From the sequence record PP496438.1: a stretch of 64,000 bases of DNA; one strand, given 5' to 3'. This document shows, piece by piece, positions 19,379 through 28,673 of the stretch. Every line of letters starts with the position of its first letter. Positions within the stretch are counted from its first letter, which is position 1. Both the position numbers and the translations under genes were made by a program. The notes below the pieces were generated by a model. The model saw only the letters and a list, made by a program, of their open reading frames with translations. It had not been told where the DNA came from and ran no database searches.

Positions 19379-19855
19379 ATGAAGAGTATGATTCGCCGCA
19401 AAGATGGGTTTTACACGGAGTTGTTAGCCGGTGCAAAAGACCCTGTTGCCCTGTCCAAGACTGCATTCAACCGTGGACTGACCCGGATCGTTGCATCTAT
19501 TACGAGCAGTGTGAAGCTGCGGTACGTAGTAGATTCCGAAACCGGTGATGCGGAATACCGGGTACGAGTGAAGTTCCAGAAAAGCCAATTGACCCGCAAG
19601 GGTACTCCGGCTATCAAGGTAGGAAGGGTACTGGTTCCCGTTGATCTCGACAGCATTGCAGTACATTGCACGTGTCAGGACTTTCGATTCACCTGGTACA
19701 CCTATTTGAAGAACGCTGGGCACGCTGCCGGTTGGTTCAAGCAGGTGGAGTTGAAAGGTTCTGGCCGTACTCGGGAAGCTGACCACGCAGGTTGCTGCAA
19801 GCACATCGCCGGTGTACTGGCAATGGTTGAGCAGAACGTTATCGTCAAGCTGTGA
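19379..19855 (+). CDS. SWIM-type zinc finger protein
   Basis: HCTCQDF...GCCKHI; ATG 19379 after AAGG RBS. Confidence 0.75.
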   Translation: MKSMIRRKDGFYTELLAGAKDPVALSKTAFNRGLTRIVASITSSVKLRYVVDSETGDAEYRVRVKFQKSQLTRKGTPAIKVGRVLVPVDLDSIAVHCTCQDFRFTWYTYLKNAGHAAGWFKQVELKGSGRTREADHAGCCKHIAGVLAMVEQNVIVKL

Positions 19856-19890
19856 CCCAGATGCAGTGAGTAGTACATGATAGAGAAAAT

Positions 19891-19925
19891 AAAACCCCAC
19901 CGGTTTGCGCCGTGTGGGGTTTTTT
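19891..19925. terminator. bidirectional intrinsic terminator
   Basis: AAAA-CCCCAC...GTGGGG-TTTTTT between convergent genes. Confidence 0.75.
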
Positions 19926-19942
19926 GTGTCTGCGATTCAATC

Positions 19943-22729
19943 TTAGGCAAAGTCTTTCTGTGCCAGCACCAGTGGGACGCCGACAGTATCCAGTGATATC
20001 TGGGTGAACTCCTTCAATTCTGATCTGGTCAGCTTCCGGCTCAGCATCACCCCATCGTGCTCTTGTGCCACCACGATGTCTTTGTGTCGCATGTTGAACT
20101 CTATCATCACCGCTTGCTCCATACCGCAGGTGATGAAGTGCAGCAGCTTCGACTTCTCCTTTTGTGTCGTCCACCCATTTAGCATCTTGTCCGTATAGAA
20201 GAAGGCCACTGACCCCAGCGCATTGCGAACGCTCACTGCGCTGGCGGTAGCATTGTCTGGATCAAGTCCAGCATCTTTGATTGATCTGGACAGCGACTTG
20301 TACAGGAAGTAGTTCTGCTTGGCGATCAGATCTCGATTGACCGGCAGCTTGACGTGTTCAGTTACCTTGTAGTCAGGGTGCGCAAGGATCATGCTGGGCA
20401 ATGCCTGCATCGTCCTAATCACGGGGAAGATCAACCGGTTGGTGGTGTAGATCAAAGCGATTGCCAGTTCCATCATCTTAATCTTGAGGGCTTGCACGTG
20501 GCTCTCATTCAACTCCAGTTCAATCGGTGCAACCAGACCCCGGATCAGCTTGTCGATGGTGTCGGGCACCACGGAAGATTTCAGGATGGACTCATACGAT
20601 GTCTTGAGGCTGGACCCGTACATGACGGACAGGAACATCAGCTTGCAGACTCCGTCGATAACCCGGATGAACTCCTTCTCCTTGCGCCACGTTTGACCAG
20701 GCGTTTCCCCTGCGCTTTTCCATACCTGATGCAGCGCCAGCCGATCATTCCGCCTTGACTCACTTCCAGACCACTTGGGTGATCCGTATACACCAGCTCT
20801 CCATGGGTTCCGTACCATGACCAGCGCCGACTCCAGCAAGCCCTTGAACCCAGAATCCTCCATCTCAGTCAGCACGTGCTCCGTCCACGTCTTGGATTCG
20901 TACATGCCGAAGATGGTCAACGCGCTATCCACATCCCGGTCCGTGAGGAACACCTTGCCGTATTCGTCTATCGTCTCGACCAGTTCCTTGCGATACTTCT
21001 TGATCAGTCCGCCGATCAGCATAGGGTGGCAAGACTTGACGTCGTAGTTGACGTACCCACTCTTGGTGAGGATCACCTGCTTGAGTTGGTTGGGCAATGA
21101 GCCAAAACCCACCGGAGAGTTTATCCGGGGCGAGCGCAAGGTGGTGAAGTGATGTGCACGGTGCATGACTACCTGGTTGTGGCGGTCGCTGCTCCCTTGC
21201 TGGCACCCCAAGTTCTCCGGGTTGATCATGCGGGCCAGCGTACGGAAGGCACCGGAGGATATAGCGTCACCCGAGGTGTGGTGCATCCAGCTCAGCTCCG
21301 CAAGCAGGTCGTTGACGGGTAAGCGCACGCTCTTGGTGGACAGCATGCGGATATAGGCCTTAACGTTGACCGGGACAACGGGCCGGGTCGAAAGGTTTAT
21401 GTTGTCGCTGATCTCCTTGTACGTCGGGTTGTTCACCACACAAGACTGAACCATTGAGACGCGACGTAACATCGTGCATGCCTTGATCGGCACCTTCTTG
21501 TCATGGAACATGTACAGCTTGCCCGGCTGGCCGGACAGATTGTCGTTCGCCACCAGCGACTCACCGTAGGGCAGCTGAGAACTGAATACCATGACCGCCT
21601 GCCCACGTTCGGCGAACGCGTAGATGGCATTAGGTAGTACTCGGTTGCTACCCTTCAGATTGGTCAGCCAGCGGCCCAGCGGTTTCACGTCACGAGGCCG
21701 GCCCATCAAACGCCCATGCAAGTAGGCGTCAACCTTATCCATGTACGAGTCAACGAACTGTGTGACCACGGGACCAGGTTCAAAGGTGAACGTCTTGTGC
21801 TTCCAGTAGTCTGCTTCCGTGGTCACAGCCATCAGCCCCATGCTCTCCAGCACAGCGCGCACGGTATCCCAGTGATACGTCATCTGACCTTTCTTCGATC
21901 CTTCGATGTTCCGCCAGTTGATCAGGTTGTTGAACCGCTTTTCACCTTGATGCGAACCAAGACCATAACCTTCGCGCACCTGATCCTTCTTGATCGCGAA
22001 CTGGGTATCGTGGCTGTGATCCAGGTCAATGTGTAGGAACCGGGACACAGACCGAGCGTGGTTCAGGTCCATGGGGAATGCCAGCTTGTTGGTCAGGTCC
22101 TTGGGGTTGAACGCAGGGTTCCATTGAAAGCCGTCCTTCGAGGTTCCCTTGTGCACGGCGGACACCAGATGTCGGGCCATCGAGTCGCGGGAGTCGAAGT
22201 GGCCTTTGTCATTCACCTTGTCCAGCAGCATGGGATATGCCACGACAAGTCGGGCAATCAGGAAGGCGAAGCAGTAGGCGGCAGACGGGCCGGGCGCACA
22301 GTTGCGTTCCGCCATCTTCTGGAGGAACGTCTCATACTGATCAAGGATGAAATAGCCCAGACCGGGCGTGACCGCTACCGGCAGGCCAACGACGCGGCTG
22401 TCCAGCCAGCTCTTACCACTGGGGTACAGGTTGTGCTTGGGGTTCAACGAAGGTTCAACCACCATCATCCGCACATAGGGGATGTGGGCCTGCACCCATT
22501 CAACATTGGCTTGGTCTTTAGCTTCGGGGAAGTCACGGGTAGCTTCGCCCACCTTGGCAATGAGATCAGTATTGAAGCGCCCTACATCCTTGACCTCGGG
22601 GGCCAGTGCTGGGTTTAGTCGAGCAGTAGCCTTGATGATGGGTACTTGGTCATACACGGGATACAAGTCTAGGGGCTTGGACAGTATGCCTGCATACTCC
22701 TTTTCCGAGAGTGGGGTGTAATCAGCCAT
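19943..22729 (-). CDS. 928-aa protein with C-terminal PolA/TV-Pol-like polymerase domain
   Basis: YVNYDVKSCHP (motif A-like), KLMFLSVMYG (motif B-like), EQAVM...QEHDGVML (motif C-like); the N-terminal ~500 aa are unrecognised. Confidence 0.6.
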   Translation of the reverse strand: MADYTPLSEKEYAGILSKPLDLYPVYDQVPIIKATARLNPALAPEVKDVGRFNTDLIAKVGEATRDFPEAKDQANVEWVQAHIPYVRMMVVEPSLNPKHNLYPSGKSWLDSRVVGLPVAVTPGLGYFILDQYETFLQKMAERNCAPGPSAAYCFAFLIARLVVAYPMLLDKVNDKGHFDSRDSMARHLVSAVHKGTSKDGFQWNPAFNPKDLTNKLAFPMDLNHARSVSRFLHIDLDHSHDTQFAIKKDQVREGYGLGSHQGEKRFNNLINWRNIEGSKKGQMTYHWDTVRAVLESMGLMAVTTEADYWKHKTFTFEPGPVVTQFVDSYMDKVDAYLHGRLMGRPRDVKPLGRWLTNLKGSNRVLPNAIYAFAERGQAVMVFSSQLPYGESLVANDNLSGQPGKLYMFHDKKVPIKACTMLRRVSMVQSCVVNNPTYKEISDNINLSTRPVVPVNVKAYIRMLSTKSVRLPVNDLLAELSWMHHTSGDAISSGAFRTLARMINPENLGCQQGSSDRHNQVVMHRAHHFTTLRSPRINSPVGFGSLPNQLKQVILTKSGYVNYDVKSCHPMLIGGLIKKYRKELVETIDEYGKVFLTDRDVDSALTIFGMYESKTWTEHVLTEMEDSGFKGLLESALVMVRNPWRAGVYGSPKWSGSESRRNDRLALHQVWKSAGETPGQTWRKEKEFIRVIDGVCKLMFLSVMYGSSLKTSYESILKSSVVPDTIDKLIRGLVAPIELELNESHVQALKIKMMELAIALIYTTNRLIFPVIRTMQALPSMILAHPDYKVTEHVKLPVNRDLIAKQNYFLYKSLSRSIKDAGLDPDNATASAVSVRNALGSVAFFYTDKMLNGWTTQKEKSKLLHFITCGMEQAVMIEFNMRHKDIVVAQEHDGVMLSRKLTRSELKEFTQISLDTVGVPLVLAQKDFA

Positions 22730-22778
22730 TGGATAGCTCGCGTATTACCGGAGTGAATGGAATTGGACGTTATCAGCC

Positions 22779-22786
22779 CATTTACC
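22779..22786 (-). promoter_or_regulatory. candidate phage promoter GGTAAATG
   Basis: About 50 nt upstream of the 928-aa gene, same orientation. Confidence 0.5.
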
Positions 22787-22789
22787 AGA

Positions 22790-23505
22790 CTATATACAGA
22801 GTATCTTATGGGGGTTAAAAAGGACCATCTTGCAATTATTTGGGTCATTAATTCCCTTTCATACCCTAAACCTCTATCTGTGAATACGGGGGTAGTTATC
22901 CCTAGATACATCCCTATTACCTGTGTCTATTGACCATGTAGACTCTATTCCCCTATCGGGGACTATAACCTCGAAAAAGGTTCCTAGCTTGCATGGGCTG
23001 GCCCACCCACCCCCGTGGCCCCACCCGACCGCCCGGTTAAGGCCATACCTAGGGATTCCTTTCTCCCAGAGGGACCCCCAGCCGCCCATCCTTCCCCTGC
23101 TCCTCCCTTTCCTTCATCATCTACACCCACCCAGCTATTGACTTACCATCTAGTGATCCTCCTTCCTCCAGCTTCTACATAGGCAGTTAGTTTCCCCATG
23201 CCTCTAAGTCCCTACGCTTCATCATGCACTTATGCTCTGTAGTACTGATTCCCCCACATGCCCGTGACTTATGCTCTGGTGTCAGTATTCCCAGCCTCCC
23301 AGGTGAAAAGGGTGTCCATGTGCCGTGTGGGTTGTCCGGGGAATAGCGCCCGTGGATAGGGCTTCCAGGCGTGCGATATGGGGAGTTTTTCGGGGATGGG
23401 TAAGTCAGTATGGCTGGGAATGGGGAATGAAGCGCCTGCGAGCTTGTAGGAGCCCGTGGTTATTGGCGGGATATGCAGGACTGGGACGGGGGTTTCCTGC
23501 GGAGG
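22790..23505. other. long non-coding region, candidate replication origin
   Basis: No credible ORF; AT-rich left part; abrupt switch from C-rich to G-rich near 23310; ACTTATGCTCTG direct repeat (23228, 23267); inverted ATTCCCAGCC/GGCTGGGAAT. Confidence 0.4.
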
Positions 23506-23507
23506 TG

Positions 23508-23541
23508 AAAAAGCCCGCACGGCTTGGGACCGATACGGGCT
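23508..23541 (-). terminator. intrinsic terminator
   Basis: On the minus strand: AGCCCG...CGGGCTTTTT downstream of the 23548 gene. Confidence 0.7.
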
Positions 23542-23547
23542 CTGGTA

Positions 23548-23838
23548 TTACTTGACGTACTCGGGATGTCTCACTTGCGGGTGACACACGAAGTCAATGG
23601 ACTGCACGGGTAAGATGAGTGGCACCGTGCCCTTATACTTGCGGATCAGCTGGGCGTATATCTCACCGTCCCACTTGCCCAGCTCATTCGCTTGACTAAC
23701 TCTCTCATCTAGGGAGAGCCGGGTTGCCGCTGACCAGCAGTCTGACTTGGCTGTGGGTCCGTCGAACGTCTGGATCGGCGTGTAGCCGTTGTGCAACGCG
23801 GTGAAGACCGCGAGCATCAGGAAGTAACCCGTGTTCAT
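23548..23838 (-). CDS. hypothetical protein (hydrophobic N-terminus)
   Basis: 96 aa; ATGA-type overlap with the upstream gene. Confidence 0.6.
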   Translation of the reverse strand: MNTGYFLMLAVFTALHNGYTPIQTFDGPTAKSDCWSAATRLSLDERVSQANELGKWDGEIYAQLIRKYKGTVPLILPVQSIDFVCHPQVRHPEYVK

Positions 23839-24674
23839 TTTAGTATCTCGATAGGTGGCTTCTTGGCGTTGGGGTTCGGACGGGGTTTACTGTCAGGGTT
23901 CAGGGTCGCCGGTTCCCTCCATTCGTACCTCGCCGGTCTTTCCTCTGTGCCCACGGTGTCGTCACCCGGCAATTCATCTATCAGCTTGTAGTAGCCAGTG
24001 GCCTGATCAATCGTGGGTTCCACATAGATCTTGGTGTGGATGGCCCCTTGCCTACTGACACATAACCTGCGAATGACCGGGTGTTCCTTAGTGCCGAACC
24101 TCGGCCCTCCAACCAGACTGGCTGTGTAATACGTCGGCCCCTCCGGTGGAATCTCTACGTATGTGCCGGGTACGTTCCCGTGATATAGCGGGGGATTAGT
24201 CTGCGTGCTGCCCGGCGTCACCGCATCTGGTCCGTCCGGCGTGCCTTTCATCTTCATGCGATACACGCGGATCATCTCATGCAGTTCGCCGCCCGGCTTT
24301 AACGCGTCTGGGTCATCCGCGTGAATGAAGGCCAGCATGTCGATAGCGTCTACTTCAAAGCCTATCGCCTCAAACGGGATCAGCTGGAACTCCTGATACA
24401 CGCCGGGGATCGGATCTTGCGGTCGGTACAACGCGACCACTCTTCCTTTGCCCGGCTCGACGCCGAGTACGCTTTCGTCTCGACCCACCCACATCTCACG
24501 TGATCCCGGCACACTAGCTGGCACGTGTTCGATAGTACCTTTCGGGTAGTGCGCGTTGAACGTGGCAGTGAAGCACCGCAGGTTGCCCTTGTAGCAGCGG
24601 AACGGTTTGGTCTCTCTGGCGTGACGGGTCAGTGGGTTGTTCATCGGTGTAGAGTGTTCGACGATCAAGCTCAT
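23835..24674 (-). CDS. hypothetical protein
   Basis: 279 aa, GAGG RBS. Confidence 0.7.
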   Translation of the reverse strand: MSLIVEHSTPMNNPLTRHARETKPFRCYKGNLRCFTATFNAHYPKGTIEHVPASVPGSREMWVGRDESVLGVEPGKGRVVALYRPQDPIPGVYQEFQLIPFEAIGFEVDAIDMLAFIHADDPDALKPGGELHEMIRVYRMKMKGTPDGPDAVTPGSTQTNPPLYHGNVPGTYVEIPPEGPTYYTASLVGGPRFGTKEHPVIRRLCVSRQGAIHTKIYVEPTIDQATGYYKLIDELPGDDTVGTEERPARYEWREPATLNPDSKPRPNPNAKKPPIEILK

Positions 24675-24709
24675 GTTGCATTCCTCTTAGGGGTAGTGGG
24701 GTGTTGCGG

Positions 24710-25030
24710 TTAGTCGTTGAACTCTGCTGGATCGAAGCCGTGCTGCTCGCACCAGTCCCGGCGGCGCTCTACAATTTCACGTGCCTGCTCTTTGGAGTAG
24801 ATGGCACAGCGGATCAGATCACGGATATCCCCCATGCGCTTCCACATGTGGAACCCTTGATAGAAATCATCAAGTGCCTGTGTGTGTTCCTTGATCAGCG
24901 ACGTGATGTGGAAAGACGGTTGGGTCAGCTTCATCAGCTCGGCGTGGTCTTTCGCGAACTGGGCCAGCTTGTTGCTCACCCAGATGTCGGCTTTGACTTG
25001 CAGCAGGGCGTAGTTGGTGTCAGTGTTCAT
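24710..25030 (-). CDS. hypothetical protein
   Basis: GAGGT RBS favours ATG 25030. Confidence 0.65.
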   Translation of the reverse strand: MNTDTNYALLQVKADIWVSNKLAQFAKDHAELMKLTQPSFHITSLIKEHTQALDDFYQGFHMWKRMGDIRDLIRCAIYSKEQAREIVERRRDWCEQHGFDPAEFND

Positions 25031-25054
25031 GGTGTACCTCATTGGGGTAGTGGA

Positions 25055-25588
25055 TTATTTCTTCATGCCTTGGCGCACGAACGTGAGTGGTTCGAAGGGT
25101 GGTCTCTCAAACCACGATACGGGGTTTGCTCTCTCCAATCCGGCACGCCACCCCAGATAAAAACTGGCGGTGACGATGGACTGACGACGGTTAGTTATCT
25201 CGATCCTTCCAGTTGCCATCAGCGTCTTGATGTCCACGAAACCCGTACGCTCGACCTCGATGTCAACTTTGCTCCAGTGCTCCTTCGTCTTAGCGAAGTC
25301 GGATACAGCTTTCGGTTTGAACAATTTCTTGTCGGTGAAATACACGACGGGGTTGGTGATCTTACCCAGTGCACGATCTGAGCGGCTGGTGTGATACCAA
25401 GCCTCATGAACTACGCTGGCAATGTCTCCCACCCCGATACGCGCAGCCAGGCATTGCCATACGGTCGGGGCAAAGCACACACGCAGCGTCTCAGCGCATT
25501 CGTCGCGGTTCCTGCCGATTGGCACCTTGGCCTTCAGGATGACGTGCTTGCCTAGATCTTTCACGGACACGTGATAAAAGCGGGGCAT
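25055..25588 (-). CDS. hypothetical protein
   Basis: 177 aa, AGGA RBS, downstream of a sigma70-type promoter. Confidence 0.7.
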   Translation of the reverse strand: MPRFYHVSVKDLGKHVILKAKVPIGRNRDECAETLRVCFAPTVWQCLAARIGVGDIASVVHEAWYHTSRSDRALGKITNPVVYFTDKKLFKPKAVSDFAKTKEHWSKVDIEVERTGFVDIKTLMATGRIEITNRRQSIVTASFYLGWRAGLERANPVSWFERPPFEPLTFVRQGMKK

Positions 25589-25635
25589 GGTGTGGCTTCC
25601 TATTGGACAGTGGGGCGGCAGTGTGCCGCACGTGC

Positions 25636-25665
25636 ATGATATCAGATGGGAACCATGGGTGTCAA
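25636..25665 (-). promoter_or_regulatory. sigma70-type promoter
   Basis: On the minus strand: TTGACA-18 nt-TATCAT with extended TG. Confidence 0.65.
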
Positions 25666-25684
25666 CACCCGACCGACGCAGGTG

Positions 25685-25718
25685 AAAAAGCCCACGCAGC
25701 GGCTAGGCAGGTGGGCTT
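25685..25718 (-). terminator. intrinsic terminator
   Basis: On the minus strand: AAGCCCAC...GTGGGCTTTTT. Confidence 0.7.
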
Positions 25719-25722
25719 GAGG

Positions 25723-26013
25723 TCAAACGAGCTTCAATACTGGCCTTGGTTTTTCACCTACGTCAACGGACGCATGTAGTTCCAGATCAAGTGCGAGCCG
25801 TATTAAGTCCGAGTAGGGCTCTCGTGAGTGTGCCCAAACGTCTGGCAGTGTCGTGCGGTAGACGTGGACAACCGTGTGCAGCTCTTCCTTGGCGTAAACA
25901 CCTGCCCGCATCAACTGAGTAACCCGTGCACGCACCTTGGGTGTGATCCACGTGATCAGATCCTCATACGTTCCGGTCCAGATCATCACCTGATGATTAA
26001 CGCGCTTCGCCAC
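25723..26013 (-). CDS. hypothetical protein
   Basis: 96-aa ORF with GAGG RBS. Confidence 0.6.
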   Translation of the reverse strand: MAKRVNHQVMIWTGTYEDLITWITPKVRARVTQLMRAGVYAKEELHTVVHVYRTTLPDVWAHSREPYSDLIRLALDLELHASVDVGEKPRPVLKLV

Positions 26014-26338
26014 TGGACACCTCTTTGTTGGTCAGTATCCAGCCGATGCTCAGGACCAGACGTGGCCCATGGCACATAACCCTGTGTCGGTTGATGTCAG
26101 GACGGAACAGGTTGAAGCGACCCTTGATCTTGGCGTCCGGGCACTGGAACGCTGTAGTCGAACCTCGAAGCACGATGTTAAACCGCCAGTGTCTCTTGCC
26201 GGGAACTGGATCGGTATGCCATGAGATTCCTTGTTTGTCCATGAACCGGATCAGGTACAGGTCACCATATCGGCACTGGAACAGCAGCATCTTGAGGTAC
26301 TCCCCGCCACGACCTTGAACCCACGTGAACCATTTCAC
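25997..26338 (-). CDS. putative 2OG-Fe(II) oxygenase (small)
   Basis: WHTD...NRHRV...RLVLSIG gives an HxD...H...R arrangement. Confidence 0.55.
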   Translation of the reverse strand: MKWFTWVQGRGGEYLKMLLFQCRYGDLYLIRFMDKQGISWHTDPVPGKRHWRFNIVLRGSTTAFQCPDAKIKGRFNLFRPDINRHRVMCHGPRLVLSIGWILTNKEVSSGEAR

Positions 26339-26634
26339 GCTTCACGCTCGAACGACTGGGCCGGGCGAGTCTTAGGCAAGGATGTCCGCTTGCCCTTGGA
26401 CACACGGTTGATGAAGGTGGAGTAACGCACAGTACCCCTTGGGTCCCACCCCGCGTCCTTGGCCTTCTTGGTCACGGCACGGAACTCTTCCATTTCCTTT
26501 TCCGTAACCTCGACGTAGCCGTCGCGCTTGGCGTCACGAATGTTCTTCATATGGTCCTCACCGTCTTCAGGGCCGGACAACATTTGAACCATGCGGGTCT
26601 TGTGGTTGACGAAGTAACGTATCTTGGCGGGCAT
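26335..26634 (-). CDS. hypothetical protein (99 aa; start MPAKIRY)
   Basis: TAATG coupling with the upstream stop. Confidence 0.65.
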   Translation of the reverse strand: MPAKIRYFVNHKTRMVQMLSGPEDGEDHMKNIRDAKRDGYVEVTEKEMEEFRAVTKKAKDAGWDPRGTVRYSTFINRVSKGKRTSLPKTRPAQSFEREA

Positions 26635-26963
26635 TATTTGGTTTCTCCTGCTACTGACTCGATGGCAATGATCTCTGCACCGATGAGCAGGCTCTTCAGC
26701 CATTCCTCACCACGTTCTTCTTCGTCCTCGATTCGGACGTCTCCCATCATAATGAATGGGCAGTCATTGTGCGTCTCGAGCTTGTCAAAGACTGTGTTTA
26801 CGGCGGCGTCGATAACATCCCAGCCGGTGCAGTTGCCCCCGATCTTTACTTGCATCTCGGCGCGAAGCAATCCCGATGCGAAGGTCAATATAACGGTTTG
26901 GGTAACCTTGCCGCCGAACATTGCGAGAAAAGATCCGAGCTGTTCGTGATCATAGTTCAACAT
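26634..26963 (-). CDS. hypothetical protein
   Basis: 109 aa, TAATG-coupled. Confidence 0.65.
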   Translation of the reverse strand: MLNYDHEQLGSFLAMFGGKVTQTVILTFASGLLRAEMQVKIGGNCTGWDVIDAAVNTVFDKLETHNDCPFIMMGDVRIEDEEERGEEWLKSLLIGAEIIAIESVAGETK

Positions 26964-27787
26964 TAGTCTGTCCTCTTGATATTACCGGGTAGGGTGTAGG
27001 ACCACGGCTTGACATAATCTGCCGGGCGGGTGTAGCCTATCAGGTCTTCACCTTCGTAGGGGCCGTGCTTCCACGGGTCAGTAATCTCTGCGCGTTCAAA
27101 CCCGATGGACTCGTATAGCTTGATCGCACCTTCGTTGTCCGGGTCCACGTTGAGATGGTGGGGCAAACCTTGGGTCAGTTCCCAAGACAGCAGGAATTCC
27201 AGCATGCCTGTGGCAACCCCGCGACGGCGGTAGTCTGGATCAACACTGATCTCCTTGACGAAGCACGCGTCCACCTTCTCGCTGTCTTCGTCTTCTTTGA
27301 ACATCACAACGTCCATCAGCCCAACGACCTTGTTGTGCGCGGTCACGGTCACCCGTATCTCCTCCTGATCCGGTATATCTCCGCTCCAGCCATTCCATCT
27401 GGCCATGGTCACGGTGTACAGATTGTGTTGCCCGTCGTGCTTGGGACTGTGCACCTGATGCAGTGCCCGTGCATTCTTCAACTCCATCTTGGCGCCGGGC
27501 TTGATGACCGGGAATTCCAGATGCTTGATTTCCTTTTCAAGCATGATACCAATCTCGGAGTCTTTCGCTTTCTTGTCTTTGATGGTGGCTCGGTACACTG
27601 TGTCTGTGTCCGTGTTGTAAACACCCACCTTATCCGTCATCACCGTAATAGACGGCACAGCGGACCAGATGTACTCTTTGCAATGAGCTTTATCCGGGAA
27701 TGCGAAGCCAACGGACTTGCCGTCTACAATGACCAGCCACGGGCAATGGCCGGGATGCGGAAACCGAAGGATCTTTTGTGTGGGCAT
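26963..27787 (-). CDS. GNAT acetyltransferase (RimI-like C-terminal domain)
   Basis: ISVDPDYRRRGVATGML (motif A) and NEGAIKLYESIGF (motif B). Confidence 0.85.
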   Translation of the reverse strand: MPTQKILRFPHPGHCPWLVIVDGKSVGFAFPDKAHCKEYIWSAVPSITVMTDKVGVYNTDTDTVYRATIKDKKAKDSEIGIMLEKEIKHLEFPVIKPGAKMELKNARALHQVHSPKHDGQHNLYTVTMARWNGWSGDIPDQEEIRVTVTAHNKVVGLMDVVMFKEDEDSEKVDACFVKEISVDPDYRRRGVATGMLEFLLSWELTQGLPHHLNVDPDNEGAIKLYESIGFERAEITDPWKHGPYEGEDLIGYTRPADYVKPWSYTLPGNIKRTD

Positions 27788-27792
27788 GACAC

Positions 27793-28125
27793 TTACCTCG
27801 AAGGGGCAGGGGATTTGATTGGTGTCACCAGCTTAAGACCGGTCGAACTGGCATTAAGACGTGGGACCGGGTTGATGGTCATCTTGGTCAACGGTGTCAA
27901 TCCCAGCACACGGACTACTTCTTCCGGTAGCTCGGCACGCGTCCACACAACTACGTCTGGAGACACAGTGGACATCACGTAGATGGGCAAGTCATTGATC
28001 GCCCGTGCTTCCACTCGGTGCACGGTCTTCAGCCGGTCCAGTGCTTCTTTGGTCAGAAAGGTGGTGAGTGACTCGACGCTACCCATCCAGGTCATGATGG
28101 GGATGTTGCGACTAGTAGAATTCAT
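27793..28125 (-). CDS. hypothetical protein
   Basis: 110 aa, coupled to the upstream gene. Confidence 0.6.
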   Translation of the reverse strand: MNSTSRNIPIMTWMGSVESLTTFLTKEALDRLKTVHRVEARAINDLPIYVMSTVSPDVVVWTRAELPEEVVRVLGLTPLTKMTINPVPRLNASSTGLKLVTPIKSPAPSR

Positions 28126-28331
28126 TGTTCAATCCCTTGATCGAGTGGAGTTTCAAGTCTGGCGATAACCGAGTTCAACCAGATGATGCGGTTGTTGTAG
28201 CGCTGTTTCAGACGGCCTACCGGTGGATTATTCCCTTGCAGCACCCCGCACATTCTTTGCAGCTCAAGGCGAAGGGAAGCAATAGCCTGCTCGACGTGAT
28301 TGCGGTCAGGATTAGAGTTCTCAGTGCTCAT
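28122..28331 (-). CDS. hypothetical protein
   Basis: 69 aa, AAGG RBS. Confidence 0.55.
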   Translation of the reverse strand: MSTENSNPDRNHVEQAIASLRLELQRMCGVLQGNNPPVGRLKQRYNNRIIWLNSVIARLETPLDQGIEQ

Positions 28332-28345
28332 GTATCTTTCCTTTA

Positions 28346-28672
28346 TTACGGTTGGGTCAATGCAGATTCAAGTTTCTTGTAGCATGCTGCGACGATGCCT
28401 CTGGACATGCGGTCAGCCGCCCAAGAGTTTTGTAGCAGCAAGTGACTGTAGTGGAACAGATCACCTTGGAGCAACAAGTCGGACAGCTCCATCCGGTTGG
28501 CCAGATGAATAGAATAGTCCTCGTCTGCCAGATCCGCCACCTTCGGACCCCACGTGGCAATCACAGCATCGAGATTGGTTGGAACGACGGCCAGTGTCAG
28601 CACCGTCTCTCCCTTCACAACACGCAGTCCCGCCAGCGTCTTGCTCACATACCGTTCAATGGTGATGCTCAT
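28346..28672 (-). CDS. hypothetical protein
   Basis: ATG 28672 (MSITIERY) follows the upstream stop. Confidence 0.6.
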   Translation of the reverse strand: MSITIERYVSKTLAGLRVVKGETVLTLAVVPTNLDAVIATWGPKVADLADEDYSIHLANRMELSDLLLQGDLFHYSHLLLQNSWAADRMSRGIVAACYKKLESALTQP

Positions 28673-28673
28673 A

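Noticed and set aside
22874-23587. Short ORFs in the large intergenic region
   Set aside because: Pro/Gly/Trp-biased translations caused by C- and G-runs, with no RBS or codon bias.
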